Shown one piece after another: positions 53,332 through 64,000 of a stretch of DNA of 64,000 nucleotides (positions are counted from its first letter, which is position 1; the number at the start of each line of letters is the position of its first letter). This DNA is from Euprymna scolopes. Taxonomy: Eukaryota. The notes under the pieces were generated by a model. The model saw nothing but the letters and a program-made list of their open reading frames with translations. It was not told the DNA's origin and did no database searches. Made by a program: the position numbers and the translations under genes. The DNA is taken from the NCBI GenBank assembly GCA_053919585.1, contig CM132827.1. One strand, 5' to 3'.

Positions 53332-55253
53332 GGGTTTGTATTACTATACACATAGATTAAAAAAAGTTGTCAAAAAACAAATATATAACAAATAAATGTT
53401 ATCAAAGGCAAGATAAGTTACTTTTCTACCAAAGTGGATATATTTTTTGTGTTTTTGTTCAATATAACATGTTTATTCAGCTCGAAAAACATGGTGTTTA
53501 CCGATGTATTGGAAAAGTCAAAATGGCGTCCTACTCTCATTTTAACACGGTAAGTTTTTTTGTTTTTTTTTACACAGTGATCACCACTTATCAAGGCCCG
53601 GAAGCCACTCAGGGATAAGGATTATTGCAAGTACATTACGTTAGTGTGGAGATTTGATGAAGTGTTTACTTAAGGGGCGGTTCATTAGGAATTTGTTAAC
53701 GTTGGACTTGAACACATCCAAGTTGTAGTCCGGTGGGAAGCAGGCAGACGGAACAGAGTTCCACAGGCGTGCAGTTCTAAGAAAGAAGCTTTGTTCATGG
53801 AATCCGCGTTTTGATTTAGGCACAGATATAGAGTGGGGGAAATTTTTCACAGTGGATTCAGCTAGATGGGTGTTTTTCGTGAAAGATTGGCGAGGGGGGA
53901 CCAGAGATTGGAGTTCAGACGAGCACGATAAAACAAGGATAGGCTCGCAACATCTCTTCTGTGGGAGAGACGTTGCAGGGTAGAGAAAAGGGCATTCCCC
54001 ACTAAGCCATGAAGTCTATTTTGTACTCTGTCAAGGCAGGATAGGCTGTTTTTAGCAGCTCCTGCCCAGATATGGCAACAGTATTCCATCCTTGGACGTA
54101 CTTGGCTTTTATATAGATAGAGAATTGCATCAGTAGTGAGATATCTTCTGGTGCGGTAGAAGGATCTCACCATCTTTCTAGCAACTTTGGCAACAGACTT
54201 GATGTACGTGTTCCATTTCAGATCAGGAGTAAAGGTCAAACCCAGAAGCTTGTCAAAACACGGAGCCTCATCCAGACAAGAGCCATCCATCACAATTGAT
54301 GCCAGATGGGGATCAGAGCGTTGATGATGTAAGGATAGGAGTTTGGTTTTGGATGCATTAAAGGTAACCAGCCACATCTTCCCCCACTGACCCACGCGCT
54401 CGAGATCAGAGGAGAGAGAATCAGAGAGAACTTTGTCATTTACAGCCTTTAATGTGTTGCCGTAGATGATTGTGTCATCAGCGTAGATGTCAATGAATGA
54501 TTTAAGTGTGTGTTTAGGGAGGTCATTGATGTAGATCAGGAAGAGAGTTGGGCCCAGGATTGACCCCTGAGGGACTCCAGCATTTATATTGCAGGCCTCC
54601 GATTTTTGTCCACCTACCACTACTCTTATGAGCCTATCAGAGAGAAATGATTTAATGATTGAGAAAACATTTCCAGTTATACCGTAGTTGGAATTCTTGT
54701 GAAGTAGACCCTTATGCCATACCTTGTCGAAGGCCTTTGATATGTCAAGAGCAATTGCCCTAGAAAGGAAGCCTTTGTCAAGAGATTCACTAATCCTGTG
54801 GGATATAACCGTCATCACATCTGCGGTAGATCTTGCAGAGCGAAAACCATATTGTGTGTCACTAAGAAGGTTATTCCTGCTTGGGAAAAGGTATTATAAA
54901 TAATAAACTAGACAAAATACTATTAAAAAACCATCGAATATATGTCAGCCTATGTCACGGTAATATATATTGAACGAGTTTTTAACAGTATTTTGTCTAG
55001 TTTATTATTTATAACACCTTTCCCCGAACTTACCGTGTTAAAGAGAGAGTAGGACGCCATTTTGAATTTTCCATTACATCGGTAAACACTGTATGCTTTT
55101 CGAGCTGAATAAACATGTGACATTGAATAAAAACACAAAAAATATATTCAGTTTGGTAGAAAAGTAACTTATCTTGCCTTTGATAACATTTATTTGTTAT
55201 ATATTTGTTTTTTGACAACTTTTTCGAATCTATGTGTACAGTAATACAAACCC
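53332..55253. mobile_element. Long palindromic MITE (~270-bp arms) split by a LINE
   Basis: 53332-53556 plus 54881-54930 is the reverse complement of 54980-55253; the near-identical spurious ORFs 53367+ and 55218- reflect this. Confidence 0.85.
53557..54880 (-). mobile_element. 5'-truncated non-LTR retrotransposon (CR1/jockey-like RT)
   Basis: ALDISKAFDKVWH, GVPQGSILGP, YADD, MEYCCHIW; frameshift near 53860; short 3' UTR and A-rich tail (T-run at 53555-53571). Confidence 0.93.
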
Positions 55254-56270
55254 AAAATATGTTGTATATATGGAAATAAACTTATGTTATTATATAAAAA
55301 AAATTCTCGCAATTAAATTATTTTTAGTTTTTAAATGTTTATGCTCGATTTAAATATTACACAAATTTATTTGATTTTATCTAGTGACCCAATATGGCGG
55401 ATAAGGCATTTGTAAAAAGAAAAACAAAACAAACAATATTTGTAATTTTAACTGATTCAGAAAAAATTGAAGGCAAATGTTTTTTTAATTTCGTATTAAA
55501 CTTTGTTGTTATGAACGAAAACATTTCTTTTTTTTTTTAATATTTCACGTTTTGCTAATAGTTATCTGCGCATTGCTTAATTCTTTAGAAATCGTTTCAA
55601 AACGTTAATAGAATAAATATCAGATTATCCTCTGACCAATTGAATCTAAAATTAATTTTCAATGTTTTTATCGTTCTAAAACAATTGTGTGTAATAATTA
55701 TGACTTTCTCTCATGAAAGGTTTGACGAAAATTACATGTAAAACTTGGAAAGGGTTTATGAATTTTTGGAATTATTAATTTTGGAAATCATTTAGTAATT
55801 TCATCTATAATTAAATCTTGAGAATGGATTTCATACATTATAAATCGAGTTTCAAATGTTTATGTTTATCTGAACTGACAAATTTCCTCCGAACAGCGAT
55901 TAAAGAATAAAATGTTAATTTTTTTCAGAAAACTAATAAAACCATATTTTATAAAAAATGTAAGTAACAATATACTTACTTTTACCGAATCTTCTTTTTT
56001 TAAAAAATTAAAACGAGTTAAAAATTTACGAATTTAATGATGTGATGATTTAAACGAACCCCGCAGTCAAAACTTAAAATGGTGACCTCGAAAAGCAGCT
56101 TCGCAGAAAATAATGAAAACTTTTGACAACTGTACAAATATGTTTGGAGATTAAAAACTATTTTAATTGACTTAATATTTTACTATTTTATTTTATTCAA
56201 ATTGAATTTCCGTAGTAAGTTTACTGTTTCATTTTTAGGTTTATTTTGGAATTTGTGTATTTTTCTTACT

Positions 56271-56324
56271 GAAGAAGAAGAAGAAGAAGAAGAAGAAGAA
56301 GAAGAAGAAGAAGAAGAAGAAGAA
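56271..56324. repeat. (GAA)n microsatellite
   Basis: Direct read. Confidence 0.95.
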
Positions 56325-57354
56325 TCCCCTCGAAACAGGGGGAGACAATTTTTTAGTTTTTCCAATATACTTCTGGGTAAATTCTCTAATAAACTTTGAT
56401 CGAGTAGAATTTTTCAAAGAGGAAAAAAAATATGGTGCTTATGATTGGCACTTATGGCGGCATTTAAAATTACAGAAAATACAGAAATATCCGTATGATG
56501 TACGTAACAGTCACGGGACGAAGATGAAAAATTCCAAAAATCACGTAATTTGATCAAGTAGTTTTTTTTTATTCAAGAAATTCCAATCTTATTCTGTTTT
56601 GATGAGGGTGAAAAAAGTATCTGACAAATCGGTGGACAAGAGCAGACAACTCTAATGCAGTGAAAACTGTCAAAATAATCCCTGATTATCTCCCCTTTCT
56701 CTAGTAAAAGATGGCCTCATCTGTCACTTATCGGTAAAAACAGCAACTTTGTTTTTTGTGATTTTTTGGAATATGAAATTTTCATTCCCTGATAAGTAGG
56801 TACAAATATAAAAGCACTAAAATATTCTCGACGCCTAAAACGCACAATAATAAGCCTTTTCTTAAATATACGAATTATGGGTTACAGCAAGCCGATAGTC
56901 ATACCTTCTAGTTTTCTGCGGAGCGCTACCGGAAGCAGTGAGAAAGCAAATCAGTTCCATCATTTTTATTGTTCTTTAGTATGTTTTATTGTGGACAGAT
57001 TTATTGAAATAAAATATAGGAAAATGGAATTACTGACAAGTACACAATAAAAATTAAAAATATACAGATAAAAAAATAACACTTTTGATCACAAAATTAA
57101 AAAAAAATAAAGTCGTTATTTTGTTTGAAATTTTATAAGAAATATATTTATGAAATTATAAAAAAAAGTTTTTCATTTGAATTTATATAATAAATATATG
57201 TTTATGAAATTATAAAAAAAAGTTTTTTATTTGAATTTATATAATAAATATATGTTTATGAAAGTATAAAACTAAAATTATTGAAATGAAATCAAAATAA
57301 ACGAAATTATTGAAATCAAAATAGCAACATTTCAAACATCATAAAAATGTATCG

Positions 57355-57560
57355 GATGGTGGCCGGAAAACTTGTCCCGGGAAAACTCGTCTCCGGAAAA
57401 CCCGTACCTGGAAAACTCGTACCCCCCCCCCCGTCCTTTGCTAGGTAGGAAAACTGGTCCCTTATTGAATAAATATCGATTTTATTGCCGTTCTTGAAGG
57501 AGATATTGTTTTTAAAAGAGACTATGCAATCCCATAATATTAAAAAAAAAGTATTTTTAA
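57355..57560 (+). mobile_element. Orphan terminal fragment of the Mutator-like element family at 57803-61672
   Basis: Same GGAAAACTCGT 15-bp repeats and TTTGCTAGGTAGGAAAACTGGTCCC subterminal sequence. Confidence 0.75.
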
Positions 57561-57802
57561 CTCTTGCTTAAAAAAATAAACTTTATCACGGAGTCAAGAT
57601 ACAAAAAACGAAACCAAATATTTATTTAAAAAAATACTCTAGTTTTAACACTTTTTGTGCCATTGCGAAACAAAAATAAAGGAAGGAAACACGTATTATC
57701 AAAGAAAGCAATTATTTTATTTAGAAGAATTAATTCAGTTTAAATAATTCTTGTGTTATTACAAAACAACAAAAAAGAAAACACGGTCTTATGTAATTTT
57801 GG

Positions 57803-60800
57803 GGATTTAGGAAAACTCGTTCCCGGAAAACTCGTCCCTGGAAAACTCGTCCCCTTTTGCTAGGTAGGAAAACTGGTCCCTTATTGAATAAATACGATTG
57901 AAAACACATTTTATGACCGTTCTTGAAGAAGATATTGTCTTTAAAATCACATCCTATAATATTTTTTTAAATATTTTAAATTGTTTACTGTTGTTTAAAA
58001 AAAATTAAATTAATTTTTCCAAGTTTTCGTTTTCTACCTAGCTTTGAAAGTTTTTGGTGTTTCAACTTATTTTAAAGAGTTTATTTAGTTTTAAAAAAAA
58101 AAGTAATGTCGAGTGTTACTTATGAACAACAAATGTTCGTTGCAGGACTGGTGTTGTAGCAAGAAAAGGAAATGTGTGTTCATCTCAAGTTTGGGTCACT
58201 ATTGTTTGTTTGCGCGTGGGAAGAGAAATGAGGGTTGTAGTGGAAATGAGAATGATAGTCCAGCGTGTAGACAAAGAAGAGGATATGAGAGTTGACATCA
58301 GTTAGTAGTCAGCAACGCGAAGATGTTCTCAAGGACCAGTAGTAGATAGAGAGAGAAAGAGTGTGAATGTGTACGTACGGTCTGTTAGCTCCTGCCCCAT
58401 ACATAGTAGTAAGTGGGCGTGACGCACGCGGTCGGTCCAAAGACCGACCGGCTTGAAAGCTCGGCCTAAAAAAAGGAGGAGCCGCTTGTCTTTTGCGCAT
58501 GCGTATATTTCCCTAGAAAGCGGAAGTGATGTCGTCCATGTGTTCGTTCGTGTGCACGTGTGTGAGTACATGTGTATACGTTAGCGTGTGTCTATATACA
58601 CATGAATGTGAGTGTATGTATGCGAACGTGAATATATGTACGTGTGTGGACGTGGGCGCGTATGTTTGTGTGCATATGTATATGACATAGCTTGAAAAGT
58701 GAACGTGTGTTTTTGTGCGAGACTAGAAAAGGCTCGCACAATACTCCCCTTCCTAGGAAAAAAAAATATATACGCAGTGTATATATATTTATATATATAT
58801 ATTTTTGTGAGTAATGTTTTCGGCAATTGATTTTTCATCCTGTTTTTTTTGTGTGTGTGCTGTTGGTGTGGTTGTTTGAAAAACATCAAAAGGAACGGAA
58901 TGTCAAAAATGGAGTGTGTTCGTAAAAAAAGGTATTTACTTACGCGTGGAAAATGCATTTACTGTTTTTTTTTGGGGGGGCTGACATTTGTTTGTTTGTT
59001 TTTTTTGTTGTTGTTGTGTGCTGACATGTGCAAAGAGTTACTTGGACAGAGAAGTGAATTGTTCGTTTGGAAGGAAAATTTTTGTTTCGTGTTGACGGTG
59101 TGTGTGCCCAGTGGATGGTATCTTCGCAAGTGAGTTGCGGTAATGTGTGCATCGCTTGGACTGGCGCTAGTTGCGCATTCGTTCTTGTTGAACAGGGTTT
59201 GGTTGCCTGCTGTCACCGAAACTTCCAAGTTTTGAGTTTATCAGCGTGCGTGGTGCATCTTAACTCGTATTATTAATTCAACTTCTTCTTATGTGTTGAT
59301 AGGGGTGTCCTGTTTCTTTGTTGTTGCGTCTGCTGTGTGGGAGGGAATTGCATAGGCCTATGTGATTTTGCTCCTCGTGTTTGTTGCAGGGTAATGTCAG
59401 GAAACCGTGAAAATGTTTGTCGAGCTTGAATTTTTTTTTTTATTCGCGGTAAAGTCAACAGCTCCATGTTTATTTTTCTGCCGAGTCTGACGAGTGGTTT
59501 CGTCATTGTAGTTCGTTGAGGTCCTTGTCGGTAGCAGTTTTCTTGTTGAAAAGTTCATTTTTTTCTTTATCGAATAAAACGGGCATCTCACTCAAAACAA
59601 TTAATTTCAAAAAAGGTAGGGTCGCCATGCTTGTTCGTTTTAGCGTCAGTTGGGCGCCAGTTTGTTGTGGACTTGTGGCATAGGAGGCAATGGTTGTTCC
59701 TCGCGCATTCGGTTGTCACCATTTTGTGGTGGTGGTGCGAAATATGGAAAATGAATTGTCTCGACGTGTTAAATTGAATTAAACAAACAGGAATTTCTTT
59801 TGTGAAAGAAACAAATGAAAGAAAAGCGTACCACACGTGGTTAGTTTGTCGTGCGTCTCTCGTTGTTTACTGGTGAAGAGGAAGGTCTAAAGTTTCGCGT
59901 GCGTCTCTCGTTGTTAGCTGGTGAGAAAAGTGTATTGTTTCGTGTGCGTCTCTTGCTGCTGGCTGGTGAGGAAAGTCTATATTTTGCCATGCGTCTCTCG
60001 TTGTTAGCTGGTTTATTTTTGTAGAGAGAGAGTCTGTGTGTGTATGAGTGCTTCGTTCAAAATCATCCATCTCATTTTAAAAATAACGGGGTCGCCATGA
60101 AATGTAGATAGAATGGACTGTATGGAAATAAAGACTCCAGTGTTGGATAGAATGAATGTTTTAGTTATAACATGTGTTCATGTCCGCGCATGTGTAACCA
60201 ATGTTCGTTGTGGGACTGGTGTTGCAGCAAGAAAAGGAAATGTGTGTTCATCTCAAGTTCGGGTCACTATAGTTTGTTCGTGCGTGGGAAGAGAAATAAG
60301 TGCTATAGTGGAAATGAGAATGATAGTCCAGCGTGTAGACAAAGAAGAGGATATGAGAGTTAACATCAGTTAGTAGTCAGCCACGCGAAGGTGTTCTCAG
60401 GGACCAGTAGTAGATAGAGGGAGAAAGAGTGTGAATGTGTATATACGGTCTGTTAGCTCGTGCCCCATACATAGTAGTAAGTGGGCGTGACGCACGCGGT
60501 CGGTCCGAAGACCGACCGGCTTGAAAGCTCGGCCAAAAAAAAGGAGGAGCCGCTTGTTGCTCTCTCTTTTATACTCGCTTCCGGTGGTCTTTTGCGCATG
60601 CGTATATTTCCCTAGAAAGCGGAAGTGACGTCGTCCATGTGTGCGTTTGTGTGCGCGTGTGTGAGTATATGTGTATACGTTAGCATGTGTGTATATACAC
60701 GTGAATGTGAGTGTATGTACGCAAACGCGAATATATGTACGTGTGTGGACGTGGGCGCATATGTTTGTGTGTGCGTATGTATATGACATAGCTTGAAATG

Positions 60801-61672
60801 TGAATGTGTTTTTGTGTGAGACTAGAAAAGGCTCGCACAATCTACCTCAGTATTTTTCTTTAATTTTTTTCGGACGTTTTTTGTTAAAAATTATTTTCTA
60901 AGTAATGTCGAGTGCGATATTACTTGTTATTTCTTTTTAATTAAATAAACTCTTTAAAATAAGTTTAAACACCAAAAACTTACAAAGCTAGGTAGAAAAC
61001 GAAAACTTAGAAAAAGCAATTTAATTTGTTTTAAACAATAAACATGTAAAAATATTTGTAAAAATATGATGGGATGTGCATTATTACCTAAAAATATATA
61101 AATTTTTTTTTCTTTTGGAGGTGGGGGGGTCGTTTTAAAACTATATCTACCTTAATATTTTCTTTAATTTTCTATTTTTGAGCAATTATCCTCCTAAAAC
61201 GTGATCCTCTTATGTCGGACATTTTTTGTTCATAAGTAACACTCGACATTACTTTTTTTTTTTAACTAAATAAACTCTTTAAAATAAGTTGAAAGACCAA
61301 AAGCTTTCAAAGCTAGGTAGAAAACGAAAAATTAGAAAAATAAATTTAATTTGTTTTAAACAACGTTTTCTACTTAGCTTTGAAAGTTTTTGGTCTTTCA
61401 ACTTATTTTAAAGTAAAAATATTTTTTCAACTTATTTTAAAGTAAAAATATTTTTTTAAAATATTATGGGATGTGTATTCTCTTTTAAAGACTATATATT
61501 CTTCAAGAACGGTCATAAAATGTGTTTTGAATCGATATTTATTCAATAAGGGATCAGTTTTCCTACCTAGCAAAAGGGGACGAGTTTCCCGGGGTCGAGT
61601 TTTCCGGGTACGAGTTTTCCGAAGACGAGTTTTTCGGAGACAAGTTTTCCGGGGACGAGTTTTCCTAAATTC
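57803..61672. mobile_element. Non-autonomous Mutator/foldback-like element with ~330-bp TIRs and 15-bp subterminal repeats
   Basis: GGATTTAGGAAAACTCG... at 57803 versus ...CGAGTTTTCCTAAATTC at 61672; 57803-58135 is mirrored at about 61220-61672; no TSD found. Confidence 0.75.
58131..60841. repeat. ~610-640-bp direct repeats (58131-58742 and 60200-60841) with promoter-like motifs
   Basis: Clear alignment by eye; GCGCATGCG, GGAAGTGACGTC and CCGGAAG motifs; TATAAAA on the minus strand at 60567-60573 in copy 2 only. Confidence 0.88.
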
Positions 61673-62023
61673 ATAAGGATATATACCTGTAATGCCCACG
61701 TCTGGGGATGCTTGAAAGAAGTGTTATTTTACTAAAAATTACACAGGGACAAGCCACTATGAGTACTGCAGTTGATTTAAAGAAAGAAAGAAAGAATGAA
61801 TGAATGAATGAATGAATGAAAGAAAGCTCAAAGGAAGTTACTCACTTCCGGAGAGCATGGTTTGTTCCTTAGAGAGGGGAAACTTGGCAATGTTGGTTAG
61901 GAGATGTAATTTCTAAGAAGAATTTGATATCTAGCTCATCCAAGATGAAGAAAGTCTTGAGGGGCAGGCAAATCCATCCTCTGAGCTGGTAAGAGTCTGG
62001 TTTTACCGAACCTTTGCTTATAG

Positions 62024-62225
62024 CAATGGTTTTCAACCTTCTTTTAATCATGACTTTCTTTTCTTCCTAATGTATTTTGGTAAACCCTTAAAGCTGATTT
62101 TATTTTTCAGTAATGTAAAGAAACCCAAAGAACATATATCAACAGTTTATCTTGAAGGTAGACTGAACCGATATTAACGTTACATGTACCATGGGGGTCC
62201 ACATGGACGCGGTTGAGAACCATTG
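62024..62225. mobile_element. hAT (Charlie-type) MITE, 202 bp
   Basis: TIRs CAATGGTTTTCAACC / GGTTGAGAACCATTG; 8-bp TSD GCTTATAG/ACTTATAG. Confidence 0.88.
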
Positions 62226-62699
62226 ACTTATAGTATACCCAAGTAAGTCTACAGAAGCAGGAGAGTAGAAACATTTGCTTTCATTCAGTGTAAGTTCATA
62301 CTTTGCCATAGCCTTTTAAAAATAATATCATGTTTAGCCTGACTTTCTCCACAAACTGTAACATTGTCGATGTAGGCGAAGATTCCTCAGAGGTCTTCTC
62401 ATTTGATGATATCATCGATGACCTATTTGGAAGCTTTCTACTCGGTTGGTTACTCCCAACGAAATCCAATGAAACTGGAAGAGGGATCCAGAAGCTTCAA
62501 CAGCTGTTTATTTTTGTTCTTCCAGTTTAATCGCAACTTTATGATAAGCACTGATCAAGAGTGCTAAACACTTGGTAGGTGGCCATCTCATTTTCCATGT
62601 CCTTCATTCGACAAAGAGGATATGTGATTCTGAAAAGACATTACCAGCGTTTAGGCTCGCCATCGAGACTGAGAGGGCTATATAATACCTTCCTTTAAT

Positions 62700-63300
62700 A
62701 AACAAATTATTTTTTATTTAAGAAATTCAGCATCAAGTATGGTACACACCTGGATTTAACTGCTATTGGGCGACAGTCTGAGACTAGGTTTGTAAAGAGT
62801 AAGGGACATTTTAATCGTGATCAGTCTAAAAATACTGAGAGGTGGAAGGAGTCCTCCGAAATGTATTTCTACTGTAGTGATGGGCTGGCTAAAATCGCTC
62901 ATCATGTAATCAGAGGAATTTATTCGGATGGAATTTATTAGTTTAAGGAACAATTTAATTTTGTTACCCTTTGCTCACACAATTAAGCACATAGAATTAT
63001 GGTTGTGATGCGACCTTTTTGCACACAAATCCATGAGACTAACTTTTTGTCTATTTGTGGATGTAGGCAGTAAACAGACTAGAACATTCCAGAAAATTAA
63101 TATAAAAGTCTTGACGCACCAAAGTGTTTCTACAAGTGATTTCGCCATTGTCCGTGGTATTCACACGTGTTTGACTTTGTCCGAAAGACAAAACTGCATC
63201 ACTAAGAATACCATGCTCAACCACAACGAATAAATTACTCATTTGCGGTGTTTCTTTATAAAATACGCTGACAATAACAATTTCCTGGAATGAGAGTTAT
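62700..63300 (-). pseudogene. Possible highly decayed MULE transposase fragment
   Basis: DYMMSDFSQPITTVEIHF resembles the MULE motif xxSDFExAIxxAVxxxF; CSSLFTAYIHK resembles C.SLFxQLxxIH; weak. Confidence 0.35.
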
Positions 63301-63710
63301 TTTCTAAAGTTGGCATAATTCATCTTTTTGATTATTTCATAGTAAGTCTATGCCACAATCCAAGGGAAATTAGTCCGCATGCTGATACCGATACTTGTTT
63401 GACATATTTATAGCAAACTCTTCCATGGAACAACTCTTGCGAAACATATAGCTTATGTTGAAATGTTTGCGACGTCACAACCAATGAACTGTCCCTGCAT
63501 AAATTAGAATTATTTCAGAATACCTAATAGAGGAAAACAATTGACTGAATTCTTCTCTTGTATGACAGCAAATCTACAGGGTAGAAGGATTAAATTGACG
63601 CCATGATTCGATTTCCGTTTGATGAAAACCGGGTTTCTGTTTTTTGTTGCAGACCATCTTCTAGTTGACCAGTTGTTTACAGATCCCAAGAGCGATAGGA
63701 ACTGTCTATC

Positions 63711-64000
63711 ATGTCTGAAAGTGACACAATGTTAAAAAAGCAAGATCAGAGATGCACAGCTGTACAACTCATGCTCTCTACCGACCCAAGTTATGACAAC
63801 AGGACCATTGCCAGCACCCTCAAAATGCAAATCTGAGAGGTTTAACGCTTCAGGGAACAACTTAATGAACTTTCTGGCCACGGTTATGGTGTTTGGTGTG
63901 GTTTCAAGTAAGGGCTACATCATACCATCTCACATCTTCGAAGTCAGCTTGAAAGTCAACACCAAAGTGTACCTGGATATGCTGAATAGTGTGGTGATCC
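63711..64000 (+). mobile_element. Internally deleted Tc1/mariner (DD37D/maT-like) transposase fragment
   Basis: N-terminal HTH-like start joined to ATVMVFGVVSSKGYIIPSHIFEVSLKVNTKVYLDML, resembling the maT motif SVMVWxxVSxxGxxxPxxF...VNxxVY. Confidence 0.7.

Noticed and set aside
56183-56399. Poly-Glu and poly-Ser ORFs
   Set aside because: Translation of a (GAA)n microsatellite.

Overview
AT-rich, repeat-dominated eukaryotic (metazoan) DNA with one assembly gap (N at 19138-19389). The TE mix and the TGEKP-linked C2H2 gene suggest a mollusc or cephalopod; this is inference. The only intact host coding region is an 11-finger C2H2 zinc-finger ORF (30011-31111, minus strand). The rest consists of decayed Ty3/Gypsy LTR retrotransposons, Tc1/mariner remnants, a solo LTR, a 5'-truncated LINE inside a palindromic MITE, a hAT MITE, a Mutator-like TIR element with promoter-like cargo, and a ~16.5 kb 29-bp satellite with higher-order structure. 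One Gypsy copy (about 10.67-18.19 kb) carries three nested insertions, each with a readable target-site duplication (TSD). The standout observation is one of these: a 389-bp insertion (15722-16110) bounded by a perfect 9-bp TSD (TACAACAAT). It starts at the position equivalent to U2 snRNA +1 and matches the U2 branch-point-recognition core. It then continues as two diverged units, each with a covarying GAAA-tetraloop hairpin and an Sm-type site. It is a candidate dimeric U2-derived SINE, or a retrocopy of an undescribed long U2 variant RNA.
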